From Eledone cirrhosa (Eukaryota): 64,000 nt of DNA. The notes under the pieces were generated by a model that worked only from the letters and a program-made list of their open reading frames with translations, did no database searches and was not told the origin of the DNA. Shown here piece after piece: positions 1 to 11,723 of the stretch. The DNA lies in contig OZ024744.1 in the NCBI GenBank assembly GCA_964016885.1, positions 101,618,001 to 101,682,000 of the forward strand, in the 5' to 3' direction. How positions within the stretch are numbered: position 1 is the first letter of the stretch; every line of letters starts with the position of its first letter. The position numbers and the translations under genes are program-made.

Positions 1-311
1 TTTTTTTTTATTGTTGGTTTGTTTATTGTTGGTTTGTTTATTGTTGGTTTGTTTATTGTTGGTTTTGTTTATTGTTGGTTCGTTTATTGTTCGCTTTGTT
101 TATTGTTGGTTTGTTTATTGTTGGCTTTGTTTATTGTTGGCTTTGTTTATTGTTGGTTTGTTTATTATTGGCTTTGTTTATTGTTAGTTTGTTTATTGTT
201 GGCTTTGTTTATTGTTGGTTTGTTTATTGTTGGCTTTGTTTATCGTTGGTTTGTTAATTATTGTTTTTTTTATTGCTGGTTTGTTTATTGTTGGCTGTGT
301 TTATTGTTGTC

Positions 312-481
312 AGTCTAATACTTTACTGTCTATAGTTAGTCTAATACTTTACAGTTTATAGTTAGTCTAACACTTTACACTTCATAGTTAGTCTAATACT
401 ATAGTGTCTATAGTTAGTCTAATACTTTACAGTCTATAGTTAGTCTAATACTTTACTGTCTTATGAGAAGCTAAATATTAT
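312..481 (+). repeat. Short cassette 1 (170 bp): ~5.8 x 26-bp SatB + one SatC monomer; allele following spacer d
   Basis: SatB units start at 312, 338, 364, 390, 416 and 442, then GTCTTATGAGAAGCTAAATATTAT at 458-481. Diagnostic CTAACACTTTACACTTCATAG. Confidence 0.95.
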
Positions 482-1333
482 TTGTTTACTATTGGTTTCT
501 TTATTGTTGGCTTTGTTTATTGTTGCTTTGTTTATTATTGGCTTTGTTTATTGTGGGTTTGTTCATTGTTGGCTTTGTTTATGTTGGCTTTGTTTATTGT
601 TGGTTTCTTTATGGTTGGCTTTGTTTATTGTTGTTTTGTTTATTGTTTTTGTTTATTGTTGGTTTGTTTATTGTTGGCATTGTTAATTGTTGGTTTGTTT
701 ATTGTTGGTTTGTTTATTGTTGGTTGGTTTAATGTTGGTTTGTTTATTATTGGCTTTGTTTATTGTTGGTTTGTTTATTGTTGGCTTTGTTTATTGTTAG
801 TTTCTATATTTTTGGTTTGTTCATTGTTGGTTTGTTTATTGTTGGTTTGTTTATTGTTGGCTTTGTTTATTGTTGGTTTGTTTATTGTTGGTTTGTTTAT
901 TGTTGGTTTGTTTATTGTTGGTTTGTTTATTATTGGTTTGTTTATTGTTGGTTTGTTTATTGTTGCTTTGTTTATTGTTGGTTTGTTTATTGTTGGTTTG
1001 TTTATTGTTGGTTTGTTTATTGTTGGTTTGTTTATTATTGGCTTTGTTTATTGTTCGTTTGTTTATTTTTGGTTTGTTTATTGTTGGCTTTGCTTATTGT
1101 TGGTTTGTTTATTGTTGGTTTGTTTATTGTTGTTTTTTTATTGTTGGTTTGTTTATTGTTGGTTTGTTTATTGTTGGTTTGTTTATTATTGGCTTTGTTT
1201 ATTGTTAGTTTGTTTATTGTTGGCTTTGTTTATTGTTGGTTTGTTTATTGTTGGCTTTGTTTATTGTTGGTTTGTTAATTATTGTTTTTTTTCTTTGCTG
1301 GTTTGTTTATTGTTGGCTTTGTTTATTGTTGTC

Positions 1334-1503
1334 AGTCTAATACTTTACTGTCTATAGTCAGTCTAATACTTCACAGTTTATAGTTAGTCTAATACTTTAC
1401 AGTTCATAGTTAGTCTAATACTATAGTGTCTATAGTTAGTCTAATACTTTACAGTCTATAGTTAGTCTAATACTTTACTGTCTTATGAGAAGCTAAATAT
1501 TAT
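1334..1503 (+). repeat. Short cassette 2 (170 bp); allele following spacer a
   Basis: Same layout. Diagnostic CTATAGTCAGTCTAATACTTCAC. Confidence 0.95.
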
Positions 1504-2220
1504 TTGTTTACTATTGGTTTCTTTATTGTTGGCTTTGTTTATTGTTGCTTTGTTTATTATTGACTTTGTTTATTGTGGGTTTGTTTATTGTTTTTGTTTA
1601 TTGTTGGTTTGTTTATTGTTGGCTTTGTTAATTGTTGGTTTGTTTATTGTTGGTTTGTTTATTGTTGGTTTGTTTAATGTTGGTTTGTTTATTGTTGGTT
1701 TGTTTATTGTTGGTTTGTTTATTGTTGGTTTGTTTATTGTTGGCTTTGTTTATTGTTGGTTTGTTTATTGTTGGTTTGTTTATTGTTGGTTTGTTTATTG
1801 TTGGTTTGTTTATTGTTGGTTTGTTTATTATTGGCTTTGTTTATTGTTGGTTTGTTTATTGTTGGTTTGTTTATTGTTGGCTTGGTTTATTGTTGGTTTG
1901 TTTATTGTTGGCTTTGTTTATTATTGGTTTGTTTATTGTTGGCTTTGTTTATTGTGCGATTTTTTATTGTTTTTATTTATTGGTGGTTTGTTTAATTGTT
2001 GGCTTTGTTTATTGATGGTTTGTTTATTATTGGCTTTGTTTATTGTTGGTTTGTTTATTGTTGGTTTGTTTATCGTTAGCTTTGTTTAATGTTGGTTTAT
2101 TTATTGATGGCTTTGTTTATTGTTGGTTCGTTTATTGTTGGCTTTGTTTATTGTTGGTTTGTTTATTATTGGCTTTTTTCATTGCTGGTTTGTTTATTGT
2201 TGGCTTTCTTTATTGTTGTC

Positions 2221-2390
2221 AGTCTAATACTTTACTGTCTATAGTTAGTCTAATACTTTACAGTCTATAGTTAGTCTAATACTTTACAGTTTATAGTTAG
2301 TCTAATACTTTAGTGTCTATAGTTAGTCTGATACTTTACAGTCTATAGTTAGTCTAATACTTTACTGTCTTATGAGAAGCTAAATATTAT
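2221..2390 (+). repeat. Short cassette 3 (170 bp); allele following spacer b
   Basis: Same layout. Diagnostic CTTTAGTGTC and GTCTGATAC. Confidence 0.95.
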
Positions 2391-3974
2391 TTGTTTATTG
2401 TTGGTTTCTTTATTGTTGGCTTTGTTTATTGTTGGTTTGTTTATTGTTGGCTTTGTTTATTTTTGTTTTTTTTATTGTTGGCTTTGTTTATTGTTGTTTT
2501 GTTTATTGTTGGTTTGTTTATTGTTTTTGTTTATTGTTGGTTTGTTTATTGTTGGCTTTGTTTATTGTTGGTTTGTTTATTATTGGTTTGTTTATTGTTG
2601 GTTTGTTTATTGTTGCTTTGTTTATTATTGGCTTTGTTTATAGTTGGTTTGTTTATTGTTGGCTTTGTTTTTTGTTTATTGTTGGCTTGTTTATTGTTGC
2701 CTTTGATTATTGTTGGTTTGTTTATTGTTGGATTTGTTTATTGTTTGTTTGTTTCTTATTGGCTCTGTTTATTGTTGGTTTGTTTCTTGTTGGCTTTGAC
2801 TATTGTTTGTTTCATTATTGTTGGCTTTGTTTATTGTTGGTTTGTTTATTGTTGGTTTGTTTATTGTTGGCTTTGTATATTGTTGGTTTGTTTATTGTTG
2901 GCTTTGTTTATCGTTGGTTTGTTTATTGGTGGTTTGTTTATTGTTGGTTTGTTTATTATTGGTTTGTTTATTATTGGTTTGTTTATTGTTGGTTTGTTTA
3001 TTGTTGGTTTCTATATTGTTGGTTTGTTTATTGTTGGATTGTTTATTGTAGGTTTGTTTATTGTTGGTTTTGTTTATTGTTGGTTTGTTTATTGTTGGCT
3101 TTGTTTATTGTTGGTTTGTTTATTATTGGTTTGTTTATTGTGGCTTTGTTTTTTATTGGTTTGTTTATTGTTAATTTGTTTAATATTGGCTTTGTTTATT
3201 GTTGGTTTGTTTATTGATGGTTTGTTTATTATTGGCTTTGTTTATTGTTGGTTTGTTTATTGTTGGTTTAGTTAGTGTTGGTTGGTTTATTGTTGGTTTG
3301 TTTATTGTTGTCTTTGTATATTGTTGGTTTGTTTATTGTGGCTTTGTTTATTGTTGACTTTGTTTATTGTTGGTTTGTTTATTGTTGGCTTTGTTTATTG
3401 TTGGTTTGTTTTTTATTGGCTTTGTTTATTGTTGGTTTGTTTATTGTTGGTTTGTTTATGGTTGGCTTTGTTTATTGTTGGTTTGTTTATTGTTGGCTTT
3501 GTTTATTGGTGGTTTGTTTATTGTTGGCTTTGTTTATTGGTGGTTTGTTTATTGTTGGTTTGTTTATTATTGGCTTTGTTTATTGTTGGTTTGTTTATTG
3601 TTGGTTTGTTTATTGTTGGCTTTGTTTATTGTTGGTTTGTTTATTGTTGGTTTGTCTGTTTCTGGTTTATTTATTATTGATTTTGTTTATTGGTGGTTTG
3701 TTTATTGTTGGTTTGTTTATTGTTGGTTTTGTTTATTGTTGGTTTGTTTATTGTTCGTTTAGTTTATTGTTGGTTTGTTTATTGTTGGCTTTGTTTATTG
3801 TTGGTTTGTTTATTGTTGGCTTTCTTTATTGTTGGTTTGTTTATTATTGGCTTTGTTTATTGTTAGTTTGTTTATTGTTGGTTTGTTTATTGTTGGCTTT
3901 GTTTATTGTTGGTTTGTTTATTATTTTTTTTTTCATTGCTGGTTTGTTTACTGTTGGCTTTGTTTATTGTTGTC

Positions 3975-4144
3975 AGTCTAATACTTTACTGGCTAAAGTT
4001 AGTCTAATACTTTACAGTCCATAGTTAGTCTAATACTTTACAGTTTATAGTTAGTCCAATACTATAGTGTCTATAGTTAGTCTAATACTTTACAGTCTAT
4101 AGTTAGTCTAATACTTTACTGTCTTATGAGAAGCTAAATATTAT
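3975..4144 (+). repeat. Short cassette 4 (170 bp); allele following spacer c
   Basis: Same layout. Diagnostic CTGGCTAAAGTT, CAGTCCATAG and GTCCAATAC. Confidence 0.95.
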
Positions 4145-5887
4145 TTGTTTACTATTGGTTTCTTTATTGTTGGCTTTGTTTATTGTTGCTTTGTTTATTA
4201 TTGGCTTTGTTTATTGTGGGTTTGTTCATTGTTGGCTTTGTTTATGTTGGCTTTGTTTATTGTTGGTTTCTTTATGGTTGGCTTTGTTTATTGTTGTTTT
4301 GTTTATTGTTTTTGTTTATTGTTGGTTTGTTTATTGTTGGCATTGTTAATTGTTGGTTTGTTTATTGTTGGTTTGTTTATTGTTGGTTGGTTTATTGTTG
4401 GCTTTGTTTATTTTTGGTTTTTTATTGTTGGTTTTGTTTATTGTTGTTTTGTTTATTGTTGGTATGTTTATTGTTTTTTTTTATTTTTGGTTTGTTTATT
4501 GTTGGCTTTGTTTATTATTGGTTTGTTTATTATTGGTTTGTTTATTGTTGGTATTTTTATTGTTGGTTTGTTTATTATTGGCTTTGTTTATTGTTGGTTT
4601 GTTTATTGTTGGCTTTGTTTATTGTTAGTTTGTTTATTGTTGGACTTGTTTATTGTTTGTTCGTTTCTTATTGGCTCTGTTTATTGTTGGTTTGTTTCTT
4701 GTTGGCTTTGATTTTTGTTTGTTTCTTTATTGTTGGCTTTGTTTATTGTTGCTTGGTTTATTGTTGGTTTGTTTATTGTTGGTTTGTTTATTGTTGGCTT
4801 TGTATATTGTTGGTTTGTTTATTGTTGTCTTTGCTTATTGGTGGTTTGTTTATTGGTGGTTTGTTTATTGTTGGTTTGTTTATTATTGGTTTGTTTATTA
4901 TTGGTTTGTTTATTGTTGGTTTGTTTATTGTTGGTTTCTATATTGTTGTTTTGTTTATTGTTGGTTTGTTTATTGTTGGTTACTTTATTATTGGCTTTGT
5001 TTATTGTTGGTTTGTTTATTGTTGGTTTGTTTAGTGTTGGTTTGTTTATTGTTGGTTTGTTTATTGTTGTCTTTTTTTATTGTTGGTTTGTTTATTGTGG
5101 CTTTGTTTATTGTTGACTTTGTTTATTGTTGGTTTGTTTAATGTTGGCTTTATTTATTGTTGGTTTGTTTATTGTTGGCTTTGTTTATTGTGCGATTTTT
5201 TATTGTTTTTATTTATTGTTGGTTTGTTTATTGTTGGCTTTTTTTATTGATGGTTTGTTTATTATTGGCTTTGTTTATTGTTGGTTTGTTTATTGTTGGT
5301 TTGTTTATGGTTGGCTTTGTTTATTGTTGGTTTGTTTATTGTTGGTTTGTTTATTATTGGATGTGTTTATTGTTGGTTTGTTTATTGTTGGCTTTGTTTA
5401 TTGTTGGTTTGTTTATTGTTGGCTTTGTTTATTGTTGGTTTGTTTATTGTTGGCTTTGTTTATTGTTGGTTTGTTTATTTCTGGTTTATTTATTATTGAT
5501 TTTGTTTATTGGTGGTTTTTTTATTGTTGGCTTTGCTTATTGTTGGTTTGTTTATTGTTGGTTTGTTTATTGTTGGTTTTTTTTTATTGTTGGTTTGTTT
5601 ATTGTTGGTTTGTTTATTGTTGGTTTGTTTATTGTTGGTTTTGTTTATTGTTGGTTCGTTTATTGTTCGCTTTGTTTATTGTTGGTTTGTTTATTGTTGG
5701 CTTTGTTTATTGTTGGCTTTGTTTATTGTTGGTTTGTTTATTATTGGCTTTGTTTATTGTTAGTTTGTTTATTGTTGGCTTTGTTTATTGTTGGTTTGTT
5801 TATTGTTGGCTTTGTTTATCGTTGGTTTGTTAATTATTGTTTTTTTTATTGCTGGTTTGTTTATTGTTGGCTGTGTTTATTGTTGTC

Positions 5888-6057
5888 AGTCTAATACTTT
5901 ACTGTCTATAGTTAGTCTAATACTTTACAGTTTATAGTTAGTCTAACACTTTACACTTCATAGTTAGTCTAATACTATAGTGTCTATAGTTAGTCTAATA
6001 CTTTACAGTCTATAGTTAGTCTAATACTTTACTGTCTTATGAGAAGCTAAATATTAT
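5888..6057 (+). repeat. Short cassette 5 (170 bp); allele following spacer d
   Basis: Reads as identical to cassette 1. Confidence 0.95.
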
Positions 6058-7800
6058 TTGTTTACTATTGGTTTCTTTATTGTTGGCTTTGTTTATTGTT
6101 GCTTTGTTTATTATTGGCTTTGTTTATTGTGGGTTTGTTCATTGTTGCCTTTGTTTATGTTGGCTTTGTTTATTGTTGGTTTCTTTATGGTTGGCTTTGT
6201 TTATTGTTGTTTTGTTTATTGTTTTTGTTTATTGTTGGTTTGTTTATTGTTGGCATTGTTAATTGTTGGTTTGTTTATTGTTGGTTTGTTTATTGTTGGT
6301 TGGTTTATTGTTGGCTTTGTTTATTTTTGGTTTTTTATTGTTGGTTTTGTTTATTGTTGTTTTGTTTATTGTTGGTATGTTTATTGTTTTTTTTTATTTT
6401 TGGTTTGTTTATTGTTGGCTTTGTTTATTATTGGTTTGTTTATTATTGGTTTGTTTATTGTTGGTATTTTTATTGTTGGTTTGTTTATTATTGGCTTTGT
6501 TTATTGTTGGTTTGTTTATTGTTGGCTTTGTTTATTGTTGGTTTGTTTATTGTTGGACTTGTTTATTGTTTGTTCGTTTCTTATTGACTCTGTTTATTGT
6601 TGGTTTGTTTCTTGTTGGCTTTGATTTTTGTTTGTTTCTTTATTGTTGGCTTTGTTTATTGTTGCTTGGTTTATTGTTGGTTTGTTTATTGTTGGTTTGT
6701 TTATTGTTGGCTTTGTATATTGTTGGTTTGTTTATTGTTGTCTTTGCTTATTGGTGGTTTGTTTATTGGTGGTTTGTTTATTGTTGGTTTGTTTATTATT
6801 TGTTTGTTTATTATTGGTTTGTTTATTGTTGGTTTGTTTATTGTTGGTTTCTATATTGTTGTTTTGTTTATTGTTGGTTTGTTTATTGTTGGTTACTTTA
6901 TTATTGGCTTTGTTTATTGTTGGTTTGTTTATTGTTGGTTTGTTTAGTGTTGGTTTGTTTATTGTTGGTTTGTTTATTGTTGTCTTTTTTTATTGTTGGT
7001 TTGTTTATTGTGGCTTTGTTTATTGTTGACTTTGTTTATTGTTGGTTTGTTTAATGTTGGCTTTATTTATTGTTGGTTTGTTTATTGTTGGCTTTGTTTA
7101 TTGTGCGATTTTTTATTGTTTTTATTTATTGTTGGTTTGTTTATTGTTGGCTTTTTTTATTGATGGTTTGTTTATTATTGGCTTTGTTTATTGTTGGTTT
7201 GTTTATTGTTGGTTTGTTTATGGTTGGCTTTGTTTATTGTTGGTTTGTTTATTGTTGGTTTGTTTATTATTGGATGTGTTTATTGTTGGTTTGTTTATTG
7301 TTGGCTTTGTTTATTGTTGGTTTGTTTATTGTTGGCTTTGTTTATTGTTGGTTTGTTTATTGTTGGCTTTGTTTATTGTTGGTTTGTTTATTTCTGGTTT
7401 ATTTATTATTGATTTTGTTTATTGGTGGTTTTTTTATTGTTGGCTTTGCTTATTGTTGGTTTGTTTATTGTTGGTTTGTTTATTGTTGGTTTTTTTTTAT
7501 TGTTGGTTTGTTTATTGTTGGTTTGTTTATTGTTGGTTTGTTTATTGTTGGTTTTGTTTATTGTTGGTTCGTTTATTGTTCGCTTTGTTTATTGTTGGTT
7601 TGTTTATTGTTGGCTTTGTTTATTGTTGGCTTTGTTTATTGTTGGTTTGTTTATTATTGGCTTTGTTTATTGTTAGTTTGTTTATTGTTGGCTTTGTTTA
7701 TTGTTGGTTTGTTTATTGTTGGCTTTGTTTATCGTTGGTTTGTTAATTATTGTTTTTTTTATTGCTGGTTTGTTTATTGTTGGCTGTGTTTATTGTTGTC

Positions 7801-7970
7801 AGTCTAATACTTTACTGTCTATAGTTAGTCTAATACTTTACAGTTTATAGTTAGTCTAACACTTTACACTTCATAGTTAGTCTAATACTATAGTGTCTAT
7901 AGTTAGTCTAATACTTTACAGTCTATAGTTAGTCTAATACTTTACTGTCTTATGAGAAGCTAAATATTAT
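7801..7970 (+). repeat. Short cassette 6 (170 bp); allele following spacer d
   Basis: Reads as identical to cassettes 1 and 5. Lies 7489 bp from cassette 1. Confidence 0.95.
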
Positions 7971-8822
7971 TTGTTTACTATTGGTTTCTTTATTGTTGGC
8001 TTTGTTTATTGTTGCTTTGTTTATTATTGGCTTTGTTTATTGTGGGTTTGTTCATTGTTGGCTTTGTTTATGTTGGCTTTGTTTATTGTTGGTTTCTTTA
8101 TGGTTGGCTTTGTTTATTGTTGTTTTGTTTATTGTTTTTGTTTATTGTTGGTTTGTTTATTGTTGGCATTGTTAATTGTTGGTTTGTTTATTGTTGGTTT
8201 GTTTATTGTTGGTTGGTTTAATGTTGGTTTGTTTATTATTGGCTTTGTTTATTGTTGGTTTGTTTATTGTTGGCTTTGTTTATTGTTAGTTTCTATATTT
8301 TTGGTTTGTTCATTGTTGGTTTGTTTATTGTTGGTTTGTTTATTGTTGGCTTTGTTTATTGTTGGTTTGTTTATTGTTGGTTTGTTTATTGTTGGTTTGT
8401 TTATTGTTGGTTTGTTTATTATTGGTTTGTTTATTGTTGGTTTGTTTATTGTTGCTTTGTTTATTGTTGGTTTGTTTATTGTTGGTTTGTTTATTGTTGG
8501 TTTGTTTATTGTTGGTTTGTTTATTATTGGCTTTGTTTATTGTTCGTTTGTTTATTTTTGGTTTGTTTATTGTTGGCTTTGCTTATTGTTGGTTTGTTTA
8601 TTGTTGGTTTGTTTATTGTTGTTTTTTTATTGTTGGTTTGTTTATTGTTGGTTTGTTTATTGTTGGTTTGTTTATTATTGGCTTTGTTTATTGTTAGTTT
8701 GTTTATTGTTGGCTTTGTTTATTGTTGGTTTGTTTATTGTTGGCTTTGTTTATTGTTGGTTTGTTAATTATTGTTTTTTTTCTTTGCTGGTTTGTTTATT
8801 GTTGGCTTTGTTTATTGTTGTC

Positions 8823-8992
8823 AGTCTAATACTTTACTGTCTATAGTCAGTCTAATACTTCACAGTTTATAGTTAGTCTAATACTTTACAGTTCATAGTT
8901 AGTCTAATACTATAGTGTCTATAGTTAGTCTAATACTTTACAGTCTATAGTTAGTCTAATACTTTACTGTCTTATGAGAAGCTAAATATTAT
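8823..8992 (+). repeat. Short cassette 7 (170 bp); allele following spacer a
   Basis: Matches cassette 2 at offset 7489. Confidence 0.95.
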
Positions 8993-9709
8993 TTGTTTAC
9001 TATTGGTTTCTTTATTGTTGGCTTTGTTTATTGTTGCTTTGTTTATTATTGACTTTGTTTATTGTGGGTTTGTTTATTGTTTTTGTTTATTGTTGGTTTG
9101 TTTATTGTTGGCTTTGTTAATTGTTGGTTTGTTTATTGTTGGTTTGTTTATTGTTGGTTTGTTTAATGTTGGTTTGTTTATTGTTGGTTTGTTTATTGTT
9201 GGTTTGTTTATTGTTGGTTTGTTTATTGTTGGCTTTGTTTATTGTTGGTTTGTTTATTGTTGGTTTGTTTATTGTTGGTTTGTTTATTGTTGGTTTGTTT
9301 ATTGTTGGTTTGTTTATTATTGGCTTTGTTTATTGTTGGTTTGTTTATTGTTGGTTTGTTTATTGTTGGCTTGGTTTATTGTTGGTTTGTTTATTGTTGG
9401 CTTTGTTTATTATTGGTTTGTTTATTGTTGGCTTTGTTTATTGTGCGATTTTTTATTGTTTTTATTTATTGGTGGTTTGTTTAATTGTTGGCTTTGTTTA
9501 TTGATGGTTTGTTTATTATTGGCTTTGTTTATTGTTGGTTTGTTTATTGTTGGTTTGTTTATCGTTAGCTTTGTTTAATGTTGGTTTATTTATTGATGGC
9601 TTTGTTTATTGTTGGTTCGTTTATTGTTGGCTTTGTTTATTGTTGGTTTGTTTATTATTGGCTTTTTTCATTGCTGGTTTGTTTATTGTTGGCTTTCTTT
9701 ATTGTTGTC

Positions 9710-9879
9710 AGTCTAATACTTTACTGTCTATAGTTAGTCTAATACTTTACAGTCTATAGTTAGTCTAATACTTTACAGTTTATAGTTAGTCTAATACTTT
9801 AGTGTCTATAGTTAGTCTGATACTTTACAGTCTATAGTTAGTCTAATACTTTACTGTCTTATGAGAAGCTAAATATTAT
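9710..9879 (+). repeat. Short cassette 8 (170 bp); allele following spacer b
   Basis: Matches cassette 3 at offset 7489. Confidence 0.95.
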
Positions 9880-11553
9880 TTGTTTATTGTTGGTTTCTTT
9901 ATTGTTGGCTTTGTTTATTGTTGGTTTGTTTATTGTTGGCTTTGTTTATTTTTGTTTTTTTTATTGTTGGCTTTGTTTATTGTTGTTTTGTTTATTGTTG
10001 GTTTGTTTATTGTTTTTGTTTATTGTTGGTTTGTTTATTGTTGGCTTTGTTTATTGTTGGTTTGTTTATTATTGGTTTGTTTATTGTTGGTTTGTTTATT
10101 GTTGCTTTGTTTATTATTGGCTTTGTTTATAGTTGGTTTGTTTATTGTTGGCTTTGTTTTTTGTTTATTGTTGGCTTGTTTATTGTTGCCTTTGATTATT
10201 GTTGGTTTGTTTATTGTTGGATTTGTTTATTGTTTGTTTGTTTCTTATTGGCTCTGTTTATTGTTGGTTTGTTTCTTGTTGGCTTTGACTATTGTTTGTT
10301 TCATTATTGTTGGCTTTGTTTATTGTTGGTTTGTTTATTGTTGGTTTGTTTATTGTTGGCTTTGTATATTGTTGGTTTGTTTATTGTTGGCTTTGTTTAT
10401 CGTTGGTTTGTTTATTGGTGGTTTGTTTATTGTTGGTTTGTTTATTATTGGTTTGTTTATTATTGGTTTGTTTATTGTTGGTTTGTTTATTGTTGGTTTC
10501 TATATTGTTGGTTTGTTTATTGTTGGATTGTTTATTGTAGGTTTGTTTATTGTTGGTTTTGTTTATTGTTGGTTTGTTTATTGTTGGCTTTGTTTATTGT
10601 TGGTTTGTTTATTATTGGTTTGTTTATTGTGGCTTTGTTTTTTATTGGTTTGTTTATTGTTAATTTGTTTAATATTGGCTTTGTTTATTGTTGGTTTGTT
10701 TATTGATGGTTTGTTTATTATTGGCTTTGTTTATTGTTGGTTTGTTTATTGTTGGTTTAGTTAGTGTTGGTTGGTTTATTGTTGGTTTGTTTATTGTTGT
10801 CTTTGTATATTGTTGGTTTGTTTATTGTGGCTTTGTTTATTGTTGACTTTGTTTATTGTTGGTTGGTTTATTGTTGGCTTTGTTTATTGTTGGTTTGTTT
10901 ATTGTTGGCTTTGTTTATTGTGCGATTTTTTATTGTTTTTATTTGTGGTTGGTTTGTTTATTGTTGGCTTTGTTTATTGTTGGTTTGTTTTTTATTGGCT
11001 TTGTTTATTGTTGGTTTGTTTATTGTTGGTTTGTTTATGGTTGGCTTTGTTTATTGTTGGTTTGTTTATTGTTGGCTTTGTTTATTGGTGGTTTGTTTAT
11101 TGTTGGCTTTGTTTATTGGTGGTTTGTTTATTGTTGGTTTGTTTATTATTGGCTTTGTTTATTGTTGGTTTGTTTATTGTTGGTTTGTTTATTGTTGGCT
11201 TTGTTTATTGTTGGTTTGTTTATTGTTGGTTTGTCTGTTTCTGGTTTATTTATTATTGATTTTGTTTATTGGTGGTTTGTTTATTGTTGGTTTGTTTATT
11301 GTTGGTTTTGTTTATTGTTGGTTTGTTTATTGTTCGTTTAGTTTATTGTTGGTTTGTTTATTGTTGGCTTTGTTTATTGTTGGTTTGTTTATTGTTGGCT
11401 TTCTTTATTGTTGGTTTGTTTATTATTGGCTTTGTTTATTGTTAGTTTGTTTATTGTTGGTTTGTTTATTGTTGGCTTTGTTTATTGTTGGTTTGTTTAT
11501 TATTTTTTTTTTCATTGCTGGTTTGTTTACTGTTGGCTTTGTTTATTGTTGTC

Positions 11554-11723
11554 AGTCTAATACTTTACTGGCTAAAGTTAGTCTAATACTTTACAGTCCA
11601 TAGTTAGTCTAATACTTTACAGTTTATAGTTAGTCCAATACTATAGTGTCTATAGTTAGTCTAATACTTTACAGTCTATAGTTAGTCTAATACTTTACTG
11701 TCTTATGAGAAGCTAAATATTAT
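11554..11723 (+). repeat. Short cassette 9 (170 bp); allele following spacer c
   Basis: Matches cassette 4 at offset 7579. Confidence 0.95.
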
